Positions 47,427 through 56,624 of a DNA stretch of 64,000 nucleotides are shown here, one piece after another. The stretch is from an uncultured Thermoplasmatales archaeon (GTDB lineage: Archaea; Thermoplasmatota; E2; DHVEG-1). The notes below the pieces were generated by a model. The model saw nothing but the letters and a program-made list of their open reading frames with translations. It had not been told where the DNA came from and did no database searches. Where the stretch lies: the NCBI GenBank assembly GCA_964618505.1, contig CAZUBH010000008.1, positions 15,257 through 79,256 on the forward strand. The letters run 5' to 3'. Both the position numbers and the translations under genes were made by a program. How positions within the stretch are numbered: the first letter of the stretch is position 1; each line of letters starts with the position of its first letter.

Positions 47427-49442
47427 CTAATTTCTATTTTTTTTTATTTTTTTCACTAAAGCAATAGTTATCAGTAAGAAAAATAATGGTAAAATTTCAA
47501 ATCCAGGAGTTGGTTTTGATATAGTTGGCTCTGGCACTTTCAACGGCTCTGAGGATTCCAGCTTTTCATAGATAATTGCATATGTAGATTCAATCACAAA
47601 AGTATCGTTTTTATCTGACACTATTAAATTAATTGAATAATTTCCAGATTTTGTATATCTATGGATTGGGTCTTTTATATTACTTGATGAATTATCTCCA
47701 AAATCCCAGTAATAAGTGTAATTTATATTTTTATTATCTGATAAATTGCCACCGTTTGTTTTTATATTGTCTTTTCCTGTCAAAATTAATATAATTTCAG
47801 TAATGTTGCAATGAAATTGAATGCTTTCATTTTCATATCCAGAATATGGCCCTCCTAAATCAACAAAAAATGATATGCTTGAAAGGGACATGTTTGATTC
47901 ATTTTCGTCATTTAATTCAACAATAACATATGTTGTATCAATATCCGTTTCTCCTGAATCATCTTTTACCTCAAGGCTAATAGTATGGTTTCCTGGTGTA
48001 AATGATTTTGTTGCTGTAGAAAAACCTAGATACATTTGATATTCCCCAAAACCATCATTTTCAAAATCCCATCTATATAACAAATTCTCTCCATCAGGAT
48101 CATAACTTCCCGAAGCATCAAAAACAACAGTTTCGGATTCACTAAAATATGGCCCTCCTGCATCAGCGATAGGAGGAATGTTGTCTTCGTTGTCGGTGAT
48201 AGTAACAGCGGCCGTATCTGTATCAGTTGCTCCTTCATCATCTTTTACTTCGATTTTTACAGTATAGATGCCACTTTCTGAATAGCTGTGGGAAAATGTA
48301 TTAGGCGGAAACCATCCTGTGTCATAAACACCATCATTTGTCCAATCCCATCTATAATATTCAATAATACCATCAGTATCTATACTATTTCTACCATCAA
48401 AATATATTAGTTCTTCAATTTCTGCACTATATGGCCCCCCTGCATCAGCTATTGGCGGTTGGTTTATTTCATTAAATATACCCAACGGATACCTATCTTC
48501 TCCATTACCCCAATAGATTTCATATGCAGTGTCTCCAATGCCATCTTCATCTGCATCAACTCCTTCATAATCATCCCAATAATTACCACCTAAGGGATAT
48601 CCATTGTCCCATATATTGTTTATACCATAATTTTTAACATTATTGTTAGGATAATTATTATCATTGAAATGATTGTAATAAATCTTATTATTTGAAGAAT
48701 ACGTACTAGCGAGTAGTCCTCCATCAATATTATTTTCGATATAATTTCCAATAATATCTGAATCATCACCATCTAATATTATACCAAATCCATTATTATT
48801 TATAACATTATTATTGGATATTTCAACATCGGAGCAAGATTGCCAAATCTTTATGCCATGATCGTTTTGAGAAATTGTGTTGTAACTGATTGTATTTTCA
48901 GAACCAGAGGAGATACCAATTCCAGGATATCCATTATTCTCAATAGTATTAGAATTAATTGAATTATAACTTCCAGATATCCAAATTCCCCCAAAACCAT
49001 TACCGGGATACTCAAGACCATTTCCTGAAATAATATTGTTCTGAATACTATTAGAATCCGAAGATACTTTGATACCGCAAGCAGAACTACTGCTCCCTCC
49101 GTTAACAATTGAAAAACCGCTGAGCGAAATCCCATCTTCATTTAATTGAACGGGCCAGTAATAATCTTCTGAATCTATAATCGTTGTTTGTTTGTTTTCT
49201 CCAGTTATTGAAATTGATATGTCAACAGCGATGTGTTCATAATAAGTACCGCTATAGACATAAATCGTATCGCCATTACTAGCTGCATCAATAGCATCTT
49301 GAATACTTGTATAATCTAGTCCACCATCATCATCAACATAAATTGTATCAGAAGCTTTAATAATATTATTTGAAAATCCAGAATAAATAGTTACGCCCAT
49401 AAGAAAAAAAACTATAAGAATTATTATTTGTTTTTTCATCAC
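47427..49442 (-). CDS. Surface protein with a signal peptide, a NosD-like beta-helix, PKD-like domains and a PGF-CTERM archaeosortase sorting signal.
   Basis: Beta-helix repeats with GGNYWDDYEGVDADEDGIGD. The C-terminus KPTPGFEILPLFFLLITIALVKKIKKNRN is the PGF-TM-basic tripartite signal. Confidence 0.7.
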   Translation of the reverse strand: MMKKQIIILIVFFLMGVTIYSGFSNNIIKASDTIYVDDDGGLDYTSIQDAIDAASNGDTIYVYSGTYYEHIAVDISISITGENKQTTIIDSEDYYWPVQLNEDGISLSGFSIVNGGSSSSACGIKVSSDSNSIQNNIISGNGLEYPGNGFGGIWISGSYNSINSNTIENNGYPGIGISSGSENTISYNTISQNDHGIKIWQSCSDVEISNNNVINNNGFGIILDGDDSDIIGNYIENNIDGGLLASTYSSNNKIYYNHFNDNNYPNNNVKNYGINNIWDNGYPLGGNYWDDYEGVDADEDGIGDTAYEIYWGNGEDRYPLGIFNEINQPPIADAGGPYSAEIEELIYFDGRNSIDTDGIIEYYRWDWTNDGVYDTGWFPPNTFSHSYSESGIYTVKIEVKDDEGATDTDTAAVTITDNEDNIPPIADAGGPYFSESETVVFDASGSYDPDGENLLYRWDFENDGFGEYQMYLGFSTATKSFTPGNHTISLEVKDDSGETDIDTTYVIVELNDENESNMSLSSISFFVDLGGPYSGYENESIQFHCNITEIILILTGKDNIKTNGGNLSDNKNINYTYYWDFGDNSSSNIKDPIHRYTKSGNYSINLIVSDKNDTFVIESTYAIIYEKLESSEPLKVPEPTISKPTPGFEILPLFFLLITIALVKKIKKNRN

Positions 49443-49475
49443 ATCTCTCCAAATTATTAATAATTTTATGCTTAA

Positions 49476-50699
49476 TTAATACATGCGGTTTTTTTCAATT
49501 TTAAAAAAGAAGGGGGAAGAATTACTCCAAGGTTTGATTAAAGGATAATTATCTTGATTATCCCCACCAGATATGTTGTAAGGCGTATCTCCAATGCCAT
49601 CACCATCTTCATCTGATCCAGTATAATCAATCCAGTAATTTCCTGACTCTCCGTCATCCCAAGTATTTGAACCAGTATCGTAAGCAGTTTCCCAACCAGC
49701 TCCTAAAAAGTTATTATTTACAATAGTATTGAAATCCGAGTTTAAATGAAGATATATATTTCTAAGACTACAAAATCCAATAGTATTACTTCTAATAATA
49801 TTGTTCGGCGAATGTTCAAGTAGTATTCCAATTTGTGAAATATCTGAAAGTAAGTTATAATCAATTAAACAATTTGTAGATAATTCTAAAGCAACTGCAT
49901 AAGTACATTGTTTAATTTCGTTATTAATAATTGAAACATTAGATGAATCTTGTACTAAAATACCTGCTTTATAAGCTCCACTATTTTGAATTGTAAATCC
50001 ACCAATAACAACAGAATCTGCTAGAATATCAACTACATGGTCTTGGTTATTACCATCAATGAAAACAAGACTTTTATCATGGCCTATCAACATTATCTCT
50101 TTATCTATTACAATATTTTCAAAATATAATCCATCATCAACATGAACTGTACCTTGTTCAGCTACAACATCTATACCATCTTGAATTGTATCAAAATGAT
50201 CAAAACCCCAACCAGTAGTATTTTCATTAAAATCATCATCAATATAAACATAATCTGGAGCTGAAGATTGTATAAACACCTGAAATTCATAAGAATCGTA
50301 TATAATTTGTTCTAAATAGTCTCCACAAAAAATTATATATTTATATTCGCCAGCTGAAAAATCTTCAGGTATTGATTGGGTTATTTCCATGCTTATTCCG
50401 CCATAAGGTCTAAGTCTAATATCCATAAAAGATTTAATCGGACCTAAAAAATGACCATTCGGCTCATGTTGGTACATAATCCACGCATCAACAGTTATAA
50501 ATTCAGCTTCAAAATTTCTTAACATGCCTGTATATTTGAATGATTCTCCCTGATAAACTTCTATAGGTAAATCAATCAAAATACAAATTCCTACATCATT
50601 AGTACTTGATATAGCGATTGGGATTATTGGTAGAAATAAAAGTGTTACCGTAAGTCCCAAAATGCATATTTTTCTAAATTTGTTTTTCATCTTTTTCAT
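49476..50699 (-). CDS. Secreted protein with an N-terminal about-120-aa domain (paralogous to 50848..51276) followed by a NosD-like beta-helix.
   Basis: Signal peptide. The beta-helix region reads GGFTIQNSGAYKAGILVQDSSNVSIINN and GNYWIDYTGSDEDGDGIGD. Confidence 0.55.
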   Translation of the reverse strand: MKKMKNKFRKICILGLTVTLLFLPIIPIAISSTNDVGICILIDLPIEVYQGESFKYTGMLRNFEAEFITVDAWIMYQHEPNGHFLGPIKSFMDIRLRPYGGISMEITQSIPEDFSAGEYKYIIFCGDYLEQIIYDSYEFQVFIQSSAPDYVYIDDDFNENTTGWGFDHFDTIQDGIDVVAEQGTVHVDDGLYFENIVIDKEIMLIGHDKSLVFIDGNNQDHVVDILADSVVIGGFTIQNSGAYKAGILVQDSSNVSIINNEIKQCTYAVALELSTNCLIDYNLLSDISQIGILLEHSPNNIIRSNTIGFCSLRNIYLHLNSDFNTIVNNNFLGAGWETAYDTGSNTWDDGESGNYWIDYTGSDEDGDGIGDTPYNISGGDNQDNYPLIKPWSNSSPFFFKIEKNRMY

Positions 50700-50847
50700 C
50701 TCCTTCTCATTTATCTAATCTGGCACCGCCAAAATTTCTTTGATTAAATTTTGGATTTCAGCATATAAAAGCTTTATTTGATGAATATCGAAAGGATAAG
50801 AAATGTAAAGAAAGATTCTCCATTTTTGAATTAAAAATTTTAATTAT

Positions 50848-51276
50848 CTATATTACATTAACAAGAATCTCATCGGTATCATATACAGTGTCTGGATATA
50901 CGCCAATATGAGTCCTATATTTGTAATAAGGCTCACTTGGAGGAAAATCTTCAGGCACATCCTGAATTAAATTACTGAATCTAAAACCATCAAAAATTCT
51001 AACATTTTTAAATAATTTTACAGGACAAATATACTCGCCATTAGGACCTTCAACTGTAATCCAAACATCATGAAATACATATGTTCCATATCCTTCATAA
51101 TCCCAAATAACTAATATATAATCAAACGACCCTCCAGGATGTACACTAATTTCTTCAATTCCATTAAATCTTACAAATACTTTATCTGTGCCAGCTTGGC
51201 ACGTGATGCTGCATGAGATGGTCAACATAATTGTAATCAGACCTAACAAATTTAAAGTCCTATATCTTTTCATCAT
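50848..51276 (-). CDS. Small secreted protein of 142 aa; stand-alone paralog of the N-terminal domain of 49476..50699.
   Basis: Signal peptide. GGSFDYILVIWDY...EGPNGEYICPVKLFKNVRI...DVPEDFPPSEPYYKY aligns with GESFKYTGMLRNF...HEPNGHFLGPIKSFMDIRL...SIPEDFSAGEYKY. Confidence 0.45.
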   Translation of the reverse strand: MMKRYRTLNLLGLITIMLTISCSITCQAGTDKVFVRFNGIEEISVHPGGSFDYILVIWDYEGYGTYVFHDVWITVEGPNGEYICPVKLFKNVRIFDGFRFSNLIQDVPEDFPPSEPYYKYRTHIGVYPDTVYDTDEILVNVI

Positions 51277-51380
51277 TTCTACTGTCCTTTTAATCTAGAA
51301 TTATATTTTTTTTTGATATAAAAATATTATTTGATATTAATCGAAATATTCTATAAAACAAAATCTACAATAAAAATCAG

Positions 51381-51454
51381 TGGGCCCGGCAGGATTTGAA
51401 CCTGCGGCCATCTGGTTATGAGCCAGACGCTCCGCCAGACTAAGCTACGAGCCC
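51381..51454 (-). tRNA. tRNA with anticodon CAU: elongator tRNA-Met, or tRNA-Ile2 if C34 is agmatidinylated.
   Basis: Minus-strand sequence GGGCTCGTAGCTTAGTCTGGCGGAGCGTCTGGCTCATAACCAGATGGCCGCAGGTTCAAATCCTGCCGGGCCCA. Anticodon stem TCTGG/CCAGA with loop CTCATAA, T loop TTCAAAT. CCA is not encoded. Confidence 0.8.
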
Positions 51455-51499
51455 TATTATAACAGCCCTAATACAAATTCTAATACTTAAAATTTAGAG

Positions 51500-52579
51500 G
51501 TGAAATTAAGGGCAAATTCTTTAATTGATTTTTTTATAATTGATTTTACAATGCCGCGACTAAGAACACTTGCTTTATATCCTTTCCTAAATGATGCGAA
51601 AACTTACATAAAAAATGATGGCCCGTCTGTAGAAGAACTATTGAATGATTTGGTGTATCAAAGAGCTAGATCAATTGGAATTGAAAGATTAGACAACGCC
51701 CTTAAAAATAGAGATGTAAAACAAAGAAGTTTAGCATCAGACACAGACTGCATAATGGAAATATTATCATATCCACTAGCAAGAATGGTAACGGTTTGTG
51801 TGGGAGATAACTTTTTAAAAAGAAGATATGCCCTTGGTGAAGCCTATCATGTTTATAAAAATCTTTTAGAAGAAGACATATCTTTTATGCTTGAAGTCGC
51901 AGAAGAGTTGCAAATAAAAGTAAAATATAATGATGAAAATAATGAAATTAAAATTTTTTTCAAGGATTATTTAAGGGCTGCACCAACAAGATACAAAGAA
52001 TGGAAAATGGTAAATAGAGATATGGAAAATGGCTTAATTGTCATTTCAAAAAAAGGGCTTGCAAGAATAATAATGGAGAAATTAAGATTAAAAATTAATG
52101 AGGAACTAGATTTACTAAAATGTAATAAATTAATATCCAAAACTTTTTCTAAAGACATATCTAAATTTCAAAATTATGTTAACGCATATAGAAAAAAAAT
52201 TGAAGTTGCTCCTATTGGTAAACTAAGCATAGAAAAACTCCCGCCATGCTTAAAAAATATTTTAAAATCAATTCAAGCAGGAGAAAACGTTGCTCATATG
52301 GGAAGATTTGCACTTGTTGCTTTTCTTAGCTCTTTAAAATTAAGTACAAATGAAATCTTGAAATTATTTAGTACCGCACCTGATTTTGAAGAAGATAAAA
52401 CAAGATATCAGGTTGAGCATATTACTGGAAAATCTTCTTCTACTTCTTACAAGTCTCCTGCTTGTGATAAGATGAGAACCTATGGAATTTGCCCGGCAGA
52501 TCAGATGGATGAGATATGTAAAAGAATAAATCATCCTTTAAGCTACTATAATAAAAGATGGAGAGAGGAGAAAAAATGA
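51500..52579 (+). CDS. priL: DNA primase large subunit PriL with a C-terminal Fe-S domain.
   Basis: Archaeal PriL size and layout. The C-terminal cysteines in PACDKMRTYGICPADQMDEICKRINHP, together with an upstream Cys in LPPCLKNI, would supply four 4Fe-4S ligands. Confidence 0.7.
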   Translation: MKLRANSLIDFFIIDFTMPRLRTLALYPFLNDAKTYIKNDGPSVEELLNDLVYQRARSIGIERLDNALKNRDVKQRSLASDTDCIMEILSYPLARMVTVCVGDNFLKRRYALGEAYHVYKNLLEEDISFMLEVAEELQIKVKYNDENNEIKIFFKDYLRAAPTRYKEWKMVNRDMENGLIVISKKGLARIIMEKLRLKINEELDLLKCNKLISKTFSKDISKFQNYVNAYRKKIEVAPIGKLSIEKLPPCLKNILKSIQAGENVAHMGRFALVAFLSSLKLSTNEILKLFSTAPDFEEDKTRYQVEHITGKSSSTSYKSPACDKMRTYGICPADQMDEICKRINHPLSYYNKRWREEKK

Positions 52580-53178
52580 ATCATTTTGTTACATTTGAGG
52601 GAATCGACGGGTCTGGCAAATCTACTGTTTCAAAGTTAGTCTATAAAAAACTAAAATCCATGGGATATGAAGTTGTTTTGACTTTTGAGCCTACAAATTC
52701 AGATATCGGTAAATTCGTTCAAAAATGCATTAAAACACAAAATGATCCTTTTGTCACTTCTTTTGCATTTATACTTGATAGAATTCAACACTCTCTTGAA
52801 ATAAAAAAATGGATTGAAAAAGGAAAAATTGTATTGTGCGATAGATATTCAGATTCAACTTATGCATATCAAGCAGTGCAACTCGAAAAATTTGTAAAAA
52901 ATCCTATTAAATTATTAAAAGATTTATCAGAAAATAAAATCCAAAAACCAGATTTAATCTTTTTATTTGTTATAGACCCTAAAAAATCATTAAAACGAAT
53001 TGAAGATAGAGATGAACTGATTCCTTTTGAGAAAATATCATTCCTTGAAAAAGTACATGATAATTATTTGAAACTGTCCAAAGATAAAAATTATGAAAAA
53101 CTCGATGCAACAAAAGATATTGACTTTTTAGTTGAAAAATGCGTTTCAAAAATTTTAGGTGGAAAAATTGAAAAATAA
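52558..53178 (+). CDS. tmk: Thymidylate (dTMP) kinase.
   Basis: P-loop FVTFEGIDGSGKST and DRY motif CDRYSDS. Confidence 0.8.
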   Translation: MERGEKMNHFVTFEGIDGSGKSTVSKLVYKKLKSMGYEVVLTFEPTNSDIGKFVQKCIKTQNDPFVTSFAFILDRIQHSLEIKKWIEKGKIVLCDRYSDSTYAYQAVQLEKFVKNPIKLLKDLSENKIQKPDLIFLFVIDPKKSLKRIEDRDELIPFEKISFLEKVHDNYLKLSKDKNYEKLDATKDIDFLVEKCVSKILGGKIEK

Positions 53179-53812
53179 TTTTAAACTAGTCATTTTTGAT
53201 ATAGATGGAACTCTACTTGAGCAAAGATCAATTTTTGTTTTTGCAGAAAAATTCGGATTTTCTAAGAAACTAATGGGATGTATTAAATCTGAAAAAAACC
53301 CATGTGAAAAAAGTATTGAAATTGCCAGTTATTTAAAAGGGGTAAACATTTTGAAAATGCTTGAAATTTTCAGAAGCATTCCATTGCAAAAAAATGCTGA
53401 AAAAACAATAGAGAAGTTAAGAGAAAAAAACATTGTAACTGCTCTTGCTACAGATGGATACACCTATTTTGCAAATGATTTAAAAAATCGATTAAAAATT
53501 AATTACGCTTTTGCCAATAATCTTATATTGGACAAAAACATTGTAATTGGCAAGGTTAAACCACATAATACTGAGATGAGGAGATGTTCTTGCGGAAAGA
53601 TATATTCTATCTGTAAGGAAAAAGTATTAGAAGATCTTTGTAAAAAACTCTCTATAGATGAGAGTGAAGTAATTGCAATCGGAGATGGTTTAGTAGATAT
53701 TGGTATGATTAAAAAAGCAGGTCTTGGAATAGCATATAAAGCTCCCAAAGAAGTTCAAAAAAATGCTGATTTAATAACAGATGATCTTATCGATATATTA
53801 GATTATATTTGA
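53159..53812 (+). CDS. HAD-superfamily hydrolase, subfamily IB (phosphoserine-phosphatase-like).
   Basis: Motif I VIFDIDGTL, a helical cap domain, motif IV GDGLVDIGMIKKAGLGIAY. It overlaps tmk by 20 nt. Confidence 0.65.
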   Translation: MEKLKNNFKLVIFDIDGTLLEQRSIFVFAEKFGFSKKLMGCIKSEKNPCEKSIEIASYLKGVNILKMLEIFRSIPLQKNAEKTIEKLREKNIVTALATDGYTYFANDLKNRLKINYAFANNLILDKNIVIGKVKPHNTEMRRCSCGKIYSICKEKVLEDLCKKLSIDESEVIAIGDGLVDIGMIKKAGLGIAYKAPKEVQKNADLITDDLIDILDYI

Positions 53813-53828
53813 TATTTGAGGTGAAAAA

Positions 53829-55031
53829 ATGGATATGAAACAGGAGGAAATTACTACACTTCATGATTTAAATTTAAATGAAAAGAGATTAATGAAATAT
53901 GTAGAAGATGTATCCGTTGAAAGACCAGTTTCTGTAATTCTTCCAATGCTTTATGGTGAAATCAAAAATAACTCACTTGAAAATATTATAAAAGAGCTAA
54001 ACAAATGCAAGTATCTAAAAGAAGTTGTAATTCCATTAGCTGCTCAAACTGAAGAAGAATTTAACCACGTTAAAAAATTTTTTGGAAAACTTGAGATTCC
54101 AAAACTTATTATGTGGTGTAATAGCCCACAAATACAAAATCTTTTAACGTCTCTAAAATCAGAAGGATTAAATCTGTTAAAATATCGTGGTAAAGGAAGA
54201 GACGTTTGGCTTGCACTAGGAATAACAAATATTAGAGCATATGCAGTAGCTCTGCATGATGCAGATATTCAAGGTTATACAAAAATGATACCAACAAAAC
54301 TTTTATTTCCTATACTGGAGCCGGAACTTGATTTCAAATTTAACAAAGGATATTATGCTAGGGTTGATTTGGATAGAACGATTATGTATGGGAGGGTTTT
54401 CAGATTATTTTTACACCCTCTCTTAAAGTCTCTTGTTGATCTGTTAGGTATCGAGCCAGATTTTGTTAGATTTATGAGATCTTTTAGATATCCAATTTCA
54501 GGTGAGTTTGCTCTGACTAGCGATCTTGCAAGAGATTTGGATATTCCAGGCGGATGGGGAATTGAAGTTGGAGTCATGGCAGAAATTTACAGAAATGTCG
54601 CTAAAAAAAGAATTTGTCAAACAGATTTAGGATTTTATGAGCATAAACATCAAGATGTTGGTGATTCATCTTCAGGACTTGTAAAAATGTCTGGAGAGAT
54701 ATTTAAGACGCTCTTAAGGGTTATAATAGAAGAAGATAAAATCCAAATTTCAAGGCCGTTTTTATTGTCACTTCGTGTTTTATATCAAAGAAATGCTCAA
54801 GATGCAATTAGGAAATATCATGCTGATGCCCATATAAATGGTATAAGTTATGATAGACATTTAGAAGAAACAATGGTTGAAAAATTCAGCAAAGAAATGA
54901 TGATGGCAGGAAGTAAATATATGTTAAAACCTGTAGGAACTAGAATGCCTGACTGGTTTAGAACTATTTCTGCGCATAAAAAAATAAGAGAGGAGATTCT
55001 TGATATTGTATTGGAACAAAATGGGGTTTAA
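53829..55031 (+). CDS. GT-A fold retaining glycosyltransferase resembling glucosyl- or mannosyl-3-phosphoglycerate synthases (GT81/GT55-like).
   Basis: RGKGRDVWLALG (compare GKGEALW of GpgS) and HDADIQ (DxD) motifs. A 400-aa protein with a helical C-terminal extension. Confidence 0.45.
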   Translation: MDMKQEEITTLHDLNLNEKRLMKYVEDVSVERPVSVILPMLYGEIKNNSLENIIKELNKCKYLKEVVIPLAAQTEEEFNHVKKFFGKLEIPKLIMWCNSPQIQNLLTSLKSEGLNLLKYRGKGRDVWLALGITNIRAYAVALHDADIQGYTKMIPTKLLFPILEPELDFKFNKGYYARVDLDRTIMYGRVFRLFLHPLLKSLVDLLGIEPDFVRFMRSFRYPISGEFALTSDLARDLDIPGGWGIEVGVMAEIYRNVAKKRICQTDLGFYEHKHQDVGDSSSGLVKMSGEIFKTLLRVIIEEDKIQISRPFLLSLRVLYQRNAQDAIRKYHADAHINGISYDRHLEETMVEKFSKEMMMAGSKYMLKPVGTRMPDWFRTISAHKKIREEILDIVLEQNGV

Positions 55032-55034
55032 ATA

Positions 55035-56276
55035 ATGAACCAAGAATGGAATAGAGGACTAAGTTTAGATAAAGAAGTTTTAGAAAAATGCAAAAAAATG
55101 AAACCTGTTGATATAATGGTGGGGGTTTTATGCAAGGATGTTGAGCCAACCATTTTAAATGTATTAAAAACAATTAATGAAGGCTTATACAGATATTTCC
55201 CCGACTATAAGAAAGCAATAGTGGTAAGCGAAGGCGGATCTACTGATAAAACAATGGATGCAATAGGCCTTTTTCAACCATACAATAGTGTAAAATTCAT
55301 GGTCACAAAGGATATAACAGATGGCGGTAAAGGAGCTGGAGTAATGACGATTCTTGAAATTGCACATGAAGCAGAAGCCAAATGTGTAGTTCTGATGGAT
55401 GGGGATCTTTTAAGTATAAAACATGGATGGGTGCATTCTATTGCAAATCCCATAAAATATGGTAGAGCAGATTTAACTGTCCCGTATTATGTTAGAGATA
55501 AAAATGATGGAGTTATTACAAACAATTTAGTATATCCATTTACTAGAGCTTTATATGGTATTGACATAAGACAGCCAATAGCTGGCGAATATGCTCTTTC
55601 AAGAAATCTTTATGAATTGCTAAGAAATCATCCTTTATTCCCTCCAGATTTTGGTGTTGATATCTTTATTCTCACAGTTGCAGCAGCAGAAGGAATGTAT
55701 GTTAAAGAAAGCTTATTTTCATTAAAAATACATGAATCTACAACACGTTATCTAGAACCAGAAAAATTTCTAATACCTATGTTTAGAAAGGTCATAAGCG
55801 CAATGTTTAAACTAGCTAATTATTATGAAGATTATTGGAAAAATAGAAGCTGTGAGCAATTTAGAAGCAAACACTATAGGGAATGCTTTAGCCAAAAACC
55901 CATTCCTGTAAAAATTGACATTGAAAATATGAAAAAGTCGTTCATTCAGGAATTTGAGACTTCAAATGAAATTATGAGTCACTATTTACCAGAAAGCATT
56001 ATGAAAGACTTACTTCCAATTATTAATAATGGTAATGGTATCGACTCAGAACTTTGGGCCGAGATAGTTTATAATTATGCAGCAGCCTTTAAAGATACTG
56101 AAAGAGACCCAGATAAATATCTTCTTTTAGATTCACTTAAAACCCTGTGGATAGGGCGCTTTGTTAGTTATGCTAAGGAAACTAAAGATATGGATATAAA
56201 CGAAGCTGAAAAAGTTTTGCAAAAGCAAGCAGAAATATTCGAAGAAAAATTCAACTATTTGAGATCAGTTTACTAA
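55035..56276 (+). CDS. Second GT-A glycosyltransferase of the GpgS/MpgS-like (GT81-like) family.
   Basis: VVSEGGSTDKT (the DxGSTDxT motif), GGKGAGV and MDGDL (DxD). Confidence 0.45.
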   Translation: MNQEWNRGLSLDKEVLEKCKKMKPVDIMVGVLCKDVEPTILNVLKTINEGLYRYFPDYKKAIVVSEGGSTDKTMDAIGLFQPYNSVKFMVTKDITDGGKGAGVMTILEIAHEAEAKCVVLMDGDLLSIKHGWVHSIANPIKYGRADLTVPYYVRDKNDGVITNNLVYPFTRALYGIDIRQPIAGEYALSRNLYELLRNHPLFPPDFGVDIFILTVAAAEGMYVKESLFSLKIHESTTRYLEPEKFLIPMFRKVISAMFKLANYYEDYWKNRSCEQFRSKHYRECFSQKPIPVKIDIENMKKSFIQEFETSNEIMSHYLPESIMKDLLPIINNGNGIDSELWAEIVYNYAAAFKDTERDPDKYLLLDSLKTLWIGRFVSYAKETKDMDINEAEKVLQKQAEIFEEKFNYLRSVY

Positions 56277-56624
56277 TAAAAAGCTATTGTATGGAAAACT
56301 TTAAGTAACAAATTCTTATATGACTATTGCTATCAAGATTCATATTAACATTTGATGGGGTGTAAATATGAAAGAAAATAAAGAATTTGTACCAGATGAT
56401 ATTCCAATAGTTTGGGTAAATATAATTTAATCTTTTTGTTGGGCTAAAAATCTTGCGCGTTGTCCTACAACAAAAAGTTTTGCAATAAAAGTTATTTCAT
56501 TTGCCTCTTCTTTGCTAGATACTTGACCTACAATTAACATTGTTATCGATAATTGCTTTGAATTTTTGTTTATTAATCATTTGTTGTACAAGCGTTACCC
56601 AGATTCTTTACAAAAGATGCCTTT

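Noticed and set aside
53829-55031. A specific call of this glycosyltransferase as mannosyl-3-phosphoglycerate synthase (MpgS).
   Set aside because: Only loop-level motif resemblance (GKG..., DxD) could be verified by eye. Family-level assignment is kept instead of an enzyme-specific name.
56368-56430. A 20-codon + strand mini-ORF (MKENKEFVPDDIPIVWVNII), and a 21-codon minus mini-ORF in the polB upstream gap.
   Set aside because: Both are too short, lack an RBS or context, and lie in a probable promoter/leader region for polB. Not called.
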